NCBI GenBank assembly: GCA_028140145.1
Contig: JAOIOC010000002.1
Span: 2,297-66,296, forward strand
DNA from: SAR86 cluster bacterium
GTDB taxonomy: Bacteria; Pseudomonadota; Gammaproteobacteria; Magnimaribacterales; AG-339-G14
Direction of reading: 5' to 3'
DNA length: 64,000 nucleotides
Shown: one piece after another, positions 51,472 to 60,782 of the stretch
Layout of the letters: each line of letters begins with the position of its first letter
Position numbering within the stretch: position 1 is the stretch's first letter
Made by a program: the position numbers and the translations under genes
Notes under the pieces: model-generated
What the model was told of the DNA's origin: nothing
Seen by the model: the letters and a program-made list of their open reading frames with translations, nothing else
The model's database searches: none

Positions 51472-52196
51472 AGCATTTAATTGCAAATTGGAAAATGAAC
51501 TTTGTAAATTTGGATGCATGGCTCAAAGATTTTGATCTAAATAAAATCTCAGAAGAAATTAAGGTAGTAATTTGCCCTAACTATCTAGATATACAAGATT
51601 TATATAAAAAATCATCGAAAACTCACAAAAAAATTTATATCGGTGCTCAAAATTTATCTTCAGAGACTGAGGGCGCATTTACTGGTCAAATTTCAGGAAA
51701 AATGCTCAGAAATATTGGAGCTTCTTACTCTATAGTAGGCCACTCCGAAAGCAGGCTTCAAGGGGAAGACAATGAAACTATTCTTAATAAAGTTCAAACA
51801 GCCTTTGATTGTGATCTTATACCTATTTTGTGTATTGGTGAAAATCAGGACGAATATTCCAAAGGTAGAACAGAAAAAAAAATAAAACATCAATTAACAG
51901 AAAATTTATTTCCTCTTAAAAACTTATCAAATAGTGTTTTGATTGCTTACGAGCCCATTTACGCTATTGGTTCTGGAATAGCTGTCCAAAACGAGCATTT
52001 AGAAGAGGTTTCTCTTCTCATAAAAGATTTAGTTAAAGACAATTTAGGTAGAGATTTGACATTGGTCTATGGGGGAAGTGTAACTTCAGAGAGTGCTAAG
52101 AACCTTGCCAAAGTAGACGGCATTGATGGATTTTTAGTAGGAAATGCTTCTCTTGACCCTAAAGAATTTGCTAATATCGCGCAGAGTTTAGAGTAA
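51468..52196 (+). CDS. tpiA: Triosephosphate isomerase
   Basis: ANWKMN, VGHSESR and AYEPIYAIGSG catalytic motifs. Confidence 0.92.
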   Translation: MKHLIANWKMNFVNLDAWLKDFDLNKISEEIKVVICPNYLDIQDLYKKSSKTHKKIYIGAQNLSSETEGAFTGQISGKMLRNIGASYSIVGHSESRLQGEDNETILNKVQTAFDCDLIPILCIGENQDEYSKGRTEKKIKHQLTENLFPLKNLSNSVLIAYEPIYAIGSGIAVQNEHLEEVSLLIKDLVKDNLGRDLTLVYGGSVTSESAKNLAKVDGIDGFLVGNASLDPKEFANIAQSLE

Positions 52197-52510
52197 TGAT
52201 TCTTTTTTTGATTATATTCCAGGTGATTTCAGCCATATTATTGGTTGGAATAATTTTGTTGCAGCACGGCAAAGGAGCAGATATTGGCTCTGCATTTGGT
52301 TCCGGTTCTTCAAATCCAATGCTTGGACCTATTGATTCAACCAATTTATTAACAAAAGTCACTTGGGTTTTAGTAGCTATATTCTTCGTTGTAACTATTT
52401 CTATATCAATAGTTCAAAAAAATGAAATTAATAATGAATTTGATTTTCTTATCGATCAAAATAATATTGATCAGATTGAAGAAGAAATCATTCAAGAATT
52501 ACCAGAATAA
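52196..52510 (+). CDS. secG: Preprotein translocase subunit SecG
   Basis: LLQHGKGADIGSAFGSGSSN motif, two TM helices, and a downstream tRNA-Leu as in E. coli secG-leuU. Confidence 0.9.
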   Translation: MILFLIIFQVISAILLVGIILLQHGKGADIGSAFGSGSSNPMLGPIDSTNLLTKVTWVLVAIFFVVTISISIVQKNEINNEFDFLIDQNNIDQIEEEIIQELPE

Positions 52511-52512
52511 GG

Positions 52513-52599
52513 GCCGAAGTGGTGGAACTGGTAGACACGCTATCTTGAGGGGGTAGTGGACAACTGTCCGTGGAGGTTCGAATCCTCTCTTCGGCACCA
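52513..52599 (+). tRNA. leuU: tRNA-Leu (anticodon GAG), CCA encoded
   Basis: 87 nt, nearly collinear with E. coli leuU. Acceptor GCCGAAG/CTTCGGC, anticodon arm CTATC-TTGAGGG-GGTAG, a long variable arm and a GGTTCGAATCC T-loop. It starts 2 nt after the secG stop. Confidence 0.93.
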
Positions 52600-52605
52600 A
52601 TTTAC

Positions 52606-52634
52606 TTGAAAAACAAGCTTTAAAAACCTATACT
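52606..52634 (+). promoter_or_regulatory. Sigma-70 promoter for tRNA-fMet/rimP-nusA-infB operon (TTGAAA-17 nt-TATACT)
   Basis: TTGAAA at 52606-52611, a 17-nt spacer, then TATACT at 52629-52634, followed by a GC-rich CGCGC discriminator. It is positioned like the E. coli metY promoter. Confidence 0.6.
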
Positions 52635-52652
52635 CGCGCAGTTTAAGAATAT

Positions 52653-52729
<77 letters not shown>

Positions 52730-52761
52730 TTTTTTGGGCCCTTTATGGGCTTCTTTTATAT

Positions 52762-53232
52762 GTGGTTATGACTAGTACGATAGAAAAGTTAGAAACAAAC
52801 ATTACAAAAGATATTGAATCTTTTGGTCTTTCTCTGTGGGGGATTGAATTGTCAGGGAATTCAAGATCAAAATTAATAAGGATTTTTATAGACAAAAAAA
52901 ACGGCGTTGACATAGATGACTGCCAGAAAGTTAGCAATCAAGTGAATGAATTACTCACCAATATAGAGCTTGTATCATTTGATTATACTTTAGAAGTATC
53001 TTCACCAGGGCTGGATAGGAAATTCTTTAAATTAGAGCAATTTCATGAATTTATTGGACATGAAATTAAAGTCAAATTTTATGAGGGAAATAAAAAAATA
53101 ACCAAAACTGCTTTACTGCTTAATGCCAATGAGGAAGGTATTTTATTGAAAGATGAAAACGAATTCTTTATTAATTTTGACAAAGTTATAGTCGCAAGAC
53201 TTGAACCAATTTTCGAGGTATCAAATGAATAA
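52762..53232 (+). CDS. rimP: Ribosome maturation factor RimP
   Basis: GLSLWGIELSG...LIRIFID and LEVSSPGLDR motifs. GTG start at 52762; an ATG at 52768 is an alternative. Confidence 0.9.
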   Translation: MVMTSTIEKLETNITKDIESFGLSLWGIELSGNSRSKLIRIFIDKKNGVDIDDCQKVSNQVNELLTNIELVSFDYTLEVSSPGLDRKFFKLEQFHEFIGHEIKVKFYEGNKKITKTALLLNANEEGILLKDENEFFINFDKVIVARLEPIFEVSNE

Positions 53233-54682
53233 TGAAATATTAATGGTTGCAGAATCGGTCTCTAACGAGAAAGCATTACCAAAAGATACTATTTTTGAAG
53301 CAATTGAATTTGCTTTAGCTAGTGCTGCTAAGAAAAAATATTCTGATGAGGTGGATATTCGCGTGGATATAGATCCCCAGACAGGAGATTATGAAACTTT
53401 CAGATGTTGGGAGGTAGTAGAAGTTGATGACTATGAAACTCCTGAAATGCACATTCTTATAGATAGTGATGATGCAGAGGAAAAAAACCTTTCTATTGGC
53501 GATTTAGTCAAAGAAAAGATTGAAAATGTTGAGTTTGGAAGAATTGCTGCTCAAATAGCAAAACAAGTAATTGTACAAAAAGTAAGGGATGCAGAAAGGC
53601 TTGAGATAATTAAGAAATTCAGATCTTACTTAGGTCAACTTGTTACTGGGACAGTAAAGAAAGTTACTAGAGAAACAATCATAGTTGATCTTGGAGAAGG
53701 AGCTGATGCAATTCTCCCTAGATCAGATTTAATACAAGGAGAGATATATCGCATCGGAGATAGGGTCAGGGCTATTCTTGAAGAAACTGTTCGTGAAAAT
53801 AGAGGATCACAATTAACTTTATCTCGGGGGTCAAAAGAGATGCTAGTTGAATTATTTAAGCTTGAAGTTCCTGAGATAGCTGAAGAAGTAGTTCAGATAA
53901 GAGCTGTGGCTAGAGAACCTGGGGGAAGGTCTAAGATTGCAGTTAAAACAAACGATACAAGAATTGATCCTGTTGGAGCATGTGTGGGAATGAGAGGAGC
54001 GAGAGTTCAAGCAGTTTCAAACGAATTAGGTAATGAGAGAATTGATATTATTGTCTGGGAGGATGATCCGGCAAAATTACTTATAAACACTTTGTCACCA
54101 GCTGAAGTTACTTCAATAGTTTTAGACGAAGATGCAGATAAAATGGAAGTTCAGGTCAAAGATGAAAGCTTGGCTCAAGCAATAGGAAGAAATGGTCAAA
54201 ATATTAGATTATCCTCAGAACTAATTGGATGGGACATTCAGATTCGAGGAGAAAATGAAGATAAAGAATCTTCTGGGTCTGATCAAGCTTCAAATACTCT
54301 TGAAAAATACTTAGATATTGATACTTCTACTTCAGAAATTCTAATTTCTAATGGTTTTGAATCAGTGAACTCTATTGCAGAAGCTGAAATATCGAAACTT
54401 TGCGAAATAGAGGAGATTACAGAAGAAATTGCCGAAATGTTAATTGAAAGAGCTTCTGATGCACTGATTGAAATTGCTCTTTTAGATATGGAAGAAGCAT
54501 TTGACTTTAATTCATTAGAGGATGTCGATGAAGAAATTGCAAAAGTTCTTTCAGATAATTTATCTAGCAAAGATGAGCTAGCTGATCTATCTGTTGATGA
54601 ATTAGTAGAAATGACCAAAATAGATGAAGATTTAGCTGCAAAAATTATTATGGATGCAAGATCTGATTGGTTTGAGGAATAA
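53225..54682 (+). CDS. nusA: Transcription termination/antitermination factor NusA
   Basis: I chose the start at MNNEILMVAESVSNEKALPKD, which matches E. coli MNKEILAVVEAVSNEKALPRE. S1 and two KH domains (GACVGMRGARVQAV), plus acidic C-terminal repeats. The listed ORF start at 53201 adds 8 non-homologous residues. Confidence 0.96.
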   Translation: MNNEILMVAESVSNEKALPKDTIFEAIEFALASAAKKKYSDEVDIRVDIDPQTGDYETFRCWEVVEVDDYETPEMHILIDSDDAEEKNLSIGDLVKEKIENVEFGRIAAQIAKQVIVQKVRDAERLEIIKKFRSYLGQLVTGTVKKVTRETIIVDLGEGADAILPRSDLIQGEIYRIGDRVRAILEETVRENRGSQLTLSRGSKEMLVELFKLEVPEIAEEVVQIRAVAREPGGRSKIAVKTNDTRIDPVGACVGMRGARVQAVSNELGNERIDIIVWEDDPAKLLINTLSPAEVTSIVLDEDADKMEVQVKDESLAQAIGRNGQNIRLSSELIGWDIQIRGENEDKESSGSDQASNTLEKYLDIDTSTSEILISNGFESVNSIAEAEISKLCEIEEITEEIAEMLIERASDALIEIALLDMEEAFDFNSLEDVDEEIAKVLSDNLSSKDELADLSVDELVEMTKIDEDLAAKIIMDARSDWFEE

Positions 54683-54687
54683 AAAAT

Positions 54688-57042
54688 ATGGATGTAAGTG
54701 ATTTAGCAAAAGTCATAGGATACGAAGTAGATTCATTGTTAGAAGCAATAAATCAAGCAGGTCTATCTCAATCATCTGCCAACGATAATATTTCTACAGA
54801 AGATAGAAAAAAAATTCTTGAACATATTAAGAGCACTAAGAAAGGTTCCAAGAAAACTATTTCTATTGCTAAGAAAACAAAGACCGAGACTAAGAAAGAT
54901 GAAGGACAAATCTCTATAACTAGATTTAAATCCGAGAGTCAAACTGCTAAGGAAAAAAGTTCATCAGGAGATCTATCTGGAACAATTGATTTTGAAGCTG
55001 CCGAAAAAAGGAGAGTCCAGGCGTCTAGTGATAAGAAGGCTCAAGATGAAGAAAGAGAAAAAAGAATCAAAGATTCTTCTACAAAGGTAATAAGGAAGAC
55101 AAAACAGGAGCAAGCAAAACAGAGCAAAGGAAGCACTTCTCCAAAAAAATCAACTAAAACTCAGAGAAAAGATCTCAAAAGTCCTGCCAAAGATTCAAAA
55201 CTAGATAAAAAAGAACAAGAAGGTGAAAAGTTTTTAGAATCTCAACTTGCATCAGTCCAAAAATTTGAGAAGCCTGCAGAATTTATTCAGAAAGAAATAT
55301 CAATCCCTGAAACTATTTCTGTAGCTGAACTCGCTAAAGGACTTTCCGTAAAGTCTTCTGACCTCATTAAAGCTCTTATGAATAATGGAATTATGGCTAC
55401 TGTGAATCAGTCTCTTGATCAAGAAACCGCAGTTCTTATAACCACTGAATTGGGTCACGTAGGCAACCCGATTCAAGAAAATGAAGCTGAAGAAAAAATG
55501 CTTGAGGGATTTGCTCAAGAGGGAGAGCAAATTGCAAGAGATGCCATTGTTTCTGTACTGGGACATGTTGATCATGGAAAAACTTCGCTTCTTGATTACA
55601 TAAGAAATTCCTCCGTTGCAGATAAAGAAGAGGGAGGCATCACTCAAAGCATAGGTGCTTATCAAGTATCAATTGAAGACAAGAATCTCACATTTATTGA
55701 TACACCAGGACACGCTGCATTCTCAAAAATGAGAGCTAGAGGTGCAAATTCTACTGATATTGTTGTTCTCGTAGTTGCTGCTGATGACGGAGTTCAACCT
55801 CAAACAGTTGAAGCCATAAATCATGCTAAAGCTGCTGGTGTGCAAATTGTGGTTGCAATAAATAAAATCGATAAACCAGAGGCTGATGTAGACAAAATAA
55901 AAGGGGATTTAGCCAAGGAAGAACTTGTTGCAGAAGATTGGGGCGGTGATATTCAAATGGTTCCTGTATCAGCTCAATCTGGAGAAGGAATCCCTGAATT
56001 ATTAGAAACAATTTTCTTAGTAGCAGAAATCATGGACTTGAAGGCATCTTTTGAAGGGCCTGCAACTGGAGTAGTTTTAGAATCTGGCGTAAAAAGAGGT
56101 GAAGGTGCAGTTGCTACATTATTAATTCAACAAGGCAGCCTAAATACAGGTGACTTTATTCTTGTAGGAGATCAAACCAGAAAAATTAGGGCTCTAAAAG
56201 ATTTTAATGATAAACCAATTAAAACTGCACAACCTTCCTCGCCAGTATCTATATCAGGTTTGGAATATCCTCCATCAGCTGGGGATCAGTTTTATGTATT
56301 AAAAGATGAAAAAACAGCAAAAAATCTATCAGAAGAAAGAGCTACAAAAGAAAGAGAAAAAAGACTCTCTAGGATGGGCTCTCTAAATTCTGAAAATATA
56401 TTTGCAAATGCTGATGGAACTAAACCTTCAATAAATCTTATTCTTAAATCAGACTCTAACGGAACATTGGAAGCTCTATCCGGTTCAGTTCTCAATATGA
56501 AGGTTGATGAGGTTAATTTAAAAATTGTACTCGATGGAGTGGGCTCTATTACCGAAAATGATGTCAACTTAGCAATTGCATCGGAGGCAACTATTTTTGG
56601 CTACAACGTGAGAGCTGATACTACTGCACTCAACTTAGCAGAAAGCGAAGGTATAGAGATAAAGTATTTCGGAATAATATACGATTTGCTGGATTCAATT
56701 AAAGCTTTGATAGAAGGATCTTTAGAGCCAGAAATAAAAGAAAGACAGTTGGGCATCGCAGAAGTAAAAGAATTATTTAAATCGCCCAAATTCGGCCTGA
56801 TAGCAGGTTCAATGGTTACTGATGGAAGCATCATGGCAAATAAACTAGTAAGAGTTCTAAGAGATAATATTGTAATTCATGAAGGAAAATTAGACTCTCT
56901 AAGAAGATTTAAAGATGAGGCTTCAGAAGTAAAAAGCGGCACTGAATGTGGAATAGGAATTACTAATTATACTGATGCAAAAGTAGGCGATGTCATTGAA
57001 GTATACGAAAGAGAAGAAATAGCCAGAAAACTTGAATCTTGA
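54688..57042 (+). CDS. infB: Translation initiation factor IF-2
   Basis: IF2_N, a Lys-rich linker, G domain GHVDHGKTSLLD/DTPGH/NKID, and C-terminal domains. 784 aa. Confidence 0.97.
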   Translation: MDVSDLAKVIGYEVDSLLEAINQAGLSQSSANDNISTEDRKKILEHIKSTKKGSKKTISIAKKTKTETKKDEGQISITRFKSESQTAKEKSSSGDLSGTIDFEAAEKRRVQASSDKKAQDEEREKRIKDSSTKVIRKTKQEQAKQSKGSTSPKKSTKTQRKDLKSPAKDSKLDKKEQEGEKFLESQLASVQKFEKPAEFIQKEISIPETISVAELAKGLSVKSSDLIKALMNNGIMATVNQSLDQETAVLITTELGHVGNPIQENEAEEKMLEGFAQEGEQIARDAIVSVLGHVDHGKTSLLDYIRNSSVADKEEGGITQSIGAYQVSIEDKNLTFIDTPGHAAFSKMRARGANSTDIVVLVVAADDGVQPQTVEAINHAKAAGVQIVVAINKIDKPEADVDKIKGDLAKEELVAEDWGGDIQMVPVSAQSGEGIPELLETIFLVAEIMDLKASFEGPATGVVLESGVKRGEGAVATLLIQQGSLNTGDFILVGDQTRKIRALKDFNDKPIKTAQPSSPVSISGLEYPPSAGDQFYVLKDEKTAKNLSEERATKEREKRLSRMGSLNSENIFANADGTKPSINLILKSDSNGTLEALSGSVLNMKVDEVNLKIVLDGVGSITENDVNLAIASEATIFGYNVRADTTALNLAESEGIEIKYFGIIYDLLDSIKALIEGSLEPEIKERQLGIAEVKELFKSPKFGLIAGSMVTDGSIMANKLVRVLRDNIVIHEGKLDSLRRFKDEASEVKSGTECGIGITNYTDAKVGDVIEVYEREEIARKLES

Positions 57043-57356
57043 CAAATAAATACTCATTTAAGAGGTCTGATAGGATCGCAGATCTTATATTCAGGGAAAC
57101 TTCTAATTTAGTTCAAACGCAGGTAAAAGATCCCCGACTAGAAAATACCGTCATCACTAAAGTAGAGATATCTGACAATATGAAGATAGCCAAAATCTTC
57201 TATAGAAATTTGATACCTTCTTCCGATCAAGCAGAGTTAGAAAAAGGTTTTAAAAAGGCATCAGGCTTTTTAAGATCAAGTCTGGCAAGAAATTTATCTT
57301 TGAAAAGAGTTCCAAGTCTGATTTTTATCTTTGATGAGCTTAATATTTATGATTAA
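57039..57356 (+). CDS. rbfA: Ribosome-binding factor A
   Basis: TTG start in a TTGA overlap with infB. RSDRIADLIFRE... is a KH-like RbfA core. Conserved infB-rbfA-truB order. Confidence 0.9.
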   Translation: MTNKYSFKRSDRIADLIFRETSNLVQTQVKDPRLENTVITKVEISDNMKIAKIFYRNLIPSSDQAELEKGFKKASGFLRSSLARNLSLKRVPSLIFIFDELNIYD

Positions 57357-58233
57357 TGGCGTACTTCAAATTGATAAGCCAAAAGCTGAGTCATCTGCTT
57401 CTTATATAAGAAGACTGTCTAAATTAGATCCAGAACTAAAAATTGGGCATTGTGGAACTCTTGATCCAATGGCTACTGGAATATTGATAGTTTGTCTTAA
57501 TCAAATGACCAGATTTGCTTCCTATCTTAGCTCGTCTGAAAAAACTTATCATGCATGCATATTCTTTGGGAAAAAGACTAGCACTGGTGACTCTGAGGGG
57601 CAGATAATCGATTCAAAAGAATTTTCATTTTTAGATTTCTCTTTAAAAGATGTAGAAAACAGAATTCAAAAATTCGTGGGTAAATCAAAACAAAAACCTC
57701 CAGCATACTCAGCCTTAAAACACAAAGGAAAATCTCTTTATGAATACGCAAGAAAAGGCATAAAAATAGATAAAGACGAAAGAGAAATTTTTATATCTTC
57801 AATAAAACTATTATCCATAATGGGAAATGAAATTAATATTGAAGTCTCTTGTAGCTCTGGAACTTACATAAGATCCTTAGCAGAAGATATCGGCGAACTA
57901 TTTAATTGTCCTGCGTATTTGAAAGATCTTAGAAGAACCAGATCAGGGAATTTCTATGTTAAAAATGCAATCAAACTCCCTGAAGAAAGTTTACCTATCG
58001 ATAAAATAATTTCACCAAATGATGCACTTAATTGCTTTAATGAGATACAATGCGCGCCAGATATAGTAGATAAATTAAGAAACGGCCAATTCGTCGAATC
58101 TAACTTGAAATATGATTCTTCGACTATTTTAAGGCTAAGGGATTCCAAAAGGGGATTCATTGGATTGGTAGAATATAACGAAGGTTTACTAAAACCAAAA
58201 CGATTCCTAGAAAATTTTCTATCTACATCTTAA
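57349..58233 (+). CDS. truB: tRNA pseudouridine-55 synthase
   Basis: I chose the start at MINGVLQIDKP. GHCGTLDPMATG carries the catalytic Asp. ATGs at 57331 and 57334 are possible alternatives. Confidence 0.92.
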   Translation: MINGVLQIDKPKAESSASYIRRLSKLDPELKIGHCGTLDPMATGILIVCLNQMTRFASYLSSSEKTYHACIFFGKKTSTGDSEGQIIDSKEFSFLDFSLKDVENRIQKFVGKSKQKPPAYSALKHKGKSLYEYARKGIKIDKDEREIFISSIKLLSIMGNEINIEVSCSSGTYIRSLAEDIGELFNCPAYLKDLRRTRSGNFYVKNAIKLPEESLPIDKIISPNDALNCFNEIQCAPDIVDKLRNGQFVESNLKYDSSTILRLRDSKRGFIGLVEYNEGLLKPKRFLENFLSTS

Positions 58234-58249
58234 AAACTAGGAGGACTCA

Positions 58250-58519
58250 TTGAGTTTAACAACAGAACAGAAAAATGAAATTGTAAGTAAATTTGCCGTA
58301 TCGGATGGAGATACTGGTTCACCTCAGGTTCAAATAGCTCTATTAACTGCAAATATTGAATCGTTACAAAAGCATTTTAAAGATCATGCGAAGGATCATC
58401 ACTCCCGTCAGGGACTTATAAGAATGGTGAATTCTAGGAGAAAATTATTAGATTATCTCAAAGGAAAAGATCCCGAGGCTTATTCTTCTGTTCTAGAAGC
58501 ACTGAATCTAAGAAAGTAA
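58250..58519 (+). CDS. rpsO: 30S ribosomal protein S15
   Basis: TTG start preceded by [21 protein letters not shown] aligns with E. coli MSLSTEATAKIVSEF. 89 aa. Confidence 0.96.
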   Translation: MSLTTEQKNEIVSKFAVSDGDTGSPQVQIALLTANIESLQKHFKDHAKDHHSRQGLIRMVNSRRKLLDYLKGKDPEAYSSVLEALNLRK

Positions 58520-58548
58520 TTTAGATTCAGATTTATAAAGGAAATTAA

Positions 58549-60654
58549 ATGTTTGAAGAGACTTATGCGTCAGTTACAACAAATGTAGCTGGTAGAGAAA
58601 TAAAATTAGAAACAGGAAAAATAGCACGACAAGCCACAGCATCTATCATTGCTTCTTCTGGCGATAATCAAGTTCTAGTAACTGTCGTTGCTGGAAGAGA
58701 GCCAGAAGGCCAATCTTTTTTTCCACTAACAGTAAATTACACAGAAAAATATTATGCTGCAGGAAAGATTCCAGGCAGTTTTTTTCGTAGAGAGGGTAGA
58801 CCAACAGAAAAAGAAACACTTGTCTCAAGACTTATTGATAGACCTTTAAGACCTTTATTTCCGAAAGGTTATTTTCAAGAAGTGCAAGTAATATGCACAG
58901 TTTTATCTGCTGATAAGAATGAAAGTCCGGAGATAATTTCTCTCATTGGAGCATCTGCTGCTTTAGCGATATCTGGCCTTCCTTTTGAGGGTCCAATTTC
59001 TGCTGCAAGAGTGGGATTTGTGGATGGCTCATATGTGCTCAATCCTGATAATGAATCACTTGAAAAATCGATGTTGGATATGGTTGTTGCTGGAACGAAA
59101 GATGCTATTTTGATGGTTGAATCTGAGGCAAAAGAACTTTCAGAAGATCAAATGCTTGGAGCGGTTTTATTTGCTCATCAAGAAATGCAAAAAACAATTA
59201 CTTTAATTGAAGAGCTCGCTTCAAAAACCTCTATTCCTGAAATTGAATATTCTATAAAAGAAGATAATTCTGAATTAAAAGAAAAAATTATAAATATTGT
59301 AAGAGATGACCTAGTGAGTGCTTATTCGATTCCAGAAAAGGCTAAGAGACAGGAATCAGTCTCTTTTGCTCGAGATAAAATGAAAGAGAGTCTTAGCGAT
59401 GAAGACTTGGAAGATGAAAACGCTGTTTCTGGATATTTCAAATCAGTAGAATCAGAAATAGTAAGATCTAGACTCCTTAACGGAGATTCAAGAATAGATG
59501 GTAGAGACCTTGATACAGTCAGACCAATAGATATAGAAGTTGGATTTTTAAATAAATCTCACGGTTCTTGTTTATTTACGAGAGGTGAGACTCAATCTAT
59601 TGGTGTTGCAACACTAGGTGGGTCCAGAGATGCTCAATTGATTGATGCTCTTGAAGGTACAACAAATGATCCCTTTATGCTTCATTATAACTTTCCTCCA
59701 TTTTCTGTTGGTGAGGCAGGTTTTATAGGGGCGCCGAAAAGAAGAGAAATCGGTCATGGAAAATTGGCACGAAGAGCTTTGGAAGCAGTTTTGCCATCCC
59801 AAGAAGAGTTCCCCTATACCATAAGGGTTGTATCCGAAATAACTGAATCGAATGGCTCTAGTTCCATGGCAACAGTCTGTTCTTCAAGTCTATCAATGAT
59901 GGATGCAGGAATTCCTATTAAGAAAGCTGTGGCAGGAGTAGCTATGGGACTTGTTCTTGATGGCGATGATTTCTGCGTCATAACAGATATTTTAGGAGAT
60001 GAAGATCATCTGGGAGATATGGATTTTAAGGTAGCAGGAACTTCAGATGGAGTAACGGCTCTTCAGATGGATATTAAAGTTAAAGGAATATCAGAAGAGA
60101 TCATGGAGGTAGCTCTTGAGAAAGCACAGATAGCAAGGACTCACATCCTTGAAAAAATGGACTCTGTATTGGACTCACCAAGAAAAGAACTTTCTCCAAA
60201 TGCCCCGCAAGCCGTAAATATGACTATTGCAAAAGATAAAATTAGAGAAGTGATTGGAAAAGGCGGTTCGGTAATTAAAAGCATTACCGAAAAATCTGGT
60301 GCAAATGTAGATATTAATGATGATGGAGAGATTAAAATATTTGGCGATTCACCTGAATCAAGGCAAACAGCCATAGACCTTATTAATCAAATTGTTGCAG
60401 ATCCTGAAGTCGGTCACATTTATACCGGTACTGTAGTTAAAATTGTCGATTTCGGAGCTTTTGTTTCAATAGATGGTGGAAAAGAAGGCCTAGTCCATGT
60501 CTCAGAAATCATGGAAGAAAGGGTTGAGAAAGTCTCTGACTACCTTGTTGAGGGAGAAGAAGTCGATGTTAAAGTCATTGGTATTGATGACAGAGGTAGG
60601 GTAAAACTTAGCATCAAAGCAGTAAATTCACCGGAAGAAACTACCGAAGGATAA
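58549..60654 (+). CDS. pnp: Polyribonucleotide nucleotidyltransferase (PNPase)
   Basis: Two RNase PH domains (RIDGRDLDTVRP), followed by KH and S1 (GTVVKIVDFGAFV) domains. 701 aa. Confidence 0.97.
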   Translation: MFEETYASVTTNVAGREIKLETGKIARQATASIIASSGDNQVLVTVVAGREPEGQSFFPLTVNYTEKYYAAGKIPGSFFRREGRPTEKETLVSRLIDRPLRPLFPKGYFQEVQVICTVLSADKNESPEIISLIGASAALAISGLPFEGPISAARVGFVDGSYVLNPDNESLEKSMLDMVVAGTKDAILMVESEAKELSEDQMLGAVLFAHQEMQKTITLIEELASKTSIPEIEYSIKEDNSELKEKIINIVRDDLVSAYSIPEKAKRQESVSFARDKMKESLSDEDLEDENAVSGYFKSVESEIVRSRLLNGDSRIDGRDLDTVRPIDIEVGFLNKSHGSCLFTRGETQSIGVATLGGSRDAQLIDALEGTTNDPFMLHYNFPPFSVGEAGFIGAPKRREIGHGKLARRALEAVLPSQEEFPYTIRVVSEITESNGSSSMATVCSSSLSMMDAGIPIKKAVAGVAMGLVLDGDDFCVITDILGDEDHLGDMDFKVAGTSDGVTALQMDIKVKGISEEIMEVALEKAQIARTHILEKMDSVLDSPRKELSPNAPQAVNMTIAKDKIREVIGKGGSVIKSITEKSGANVDINDDGEIKIFGDSPESRQTAIDLINQIVADPEVGHIYTGTVVKIVDFGAFVSIDGGKEGLVHVSEIMEERVEKVSDYLVEGEEVDVKVIGIDDRGRVKLSIKAVNSPEETTEG

Positions 60655-60657
60655 ATC

Positions 60658-60734
60658 TGGTGGCTATGGGTAGACTTGAACTACCGACCTCTGCGTTATG
60701 AGTGCAGCGCTCTAACCAGCTGAGCTACATAGCC
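60658..60734 (-). tRNA. tRNA with CAT anticodon, most likely elongator tRNA-Met (Ile2-lysidine type not excluded)
   Basis: The reverse complement is GGCTATGTAGCTCAGCTGGTTAGAGCGCTGCACTCATAACGCAGAGGTCGGTAGTTCAAGTCTACCCATAGCCACCA. The acceptor and D arm resemble E. coli metT, and the anticodon loop is CTCATAA. Confidence 0.85.
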
Positions 60735-60782
60735 AAAGAAAGAGAATTCTCTTAGTCTGATCATTAAAAGTCAAGCAACAAG

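Noticed and set aside
52730-52761. Short GCCC-tttat-GGGC hairpin with a T-rich tail after tRNA-fMet, considered as a partial terminator like the one after E. coli metY.
   Set aside because: The stem is only 4-5 bp. It cannot be distinguished from chance without comparative data.
54283-55665. 111-aa and 121-aa ORFs antisense to the nusA C-terminal acidic repeats and the infB linker.
   Set aside because: They mirror low-complexity acidic or Lys-rich sense regions, which naturally lack stop codons on the reverse strand. They show no motifs.
60740-60753. 14-bp perfect palindrome AAGAGAATTCTCTT between ychF and the tRNA, considered as a terminator or operator.
   Set aside because: As RNA it gives only a ~5-bp AT-rich stem with a weak U tract. 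It contains an EcoRI-like GAATTC core that can occur by chance, and it is too weak to call.
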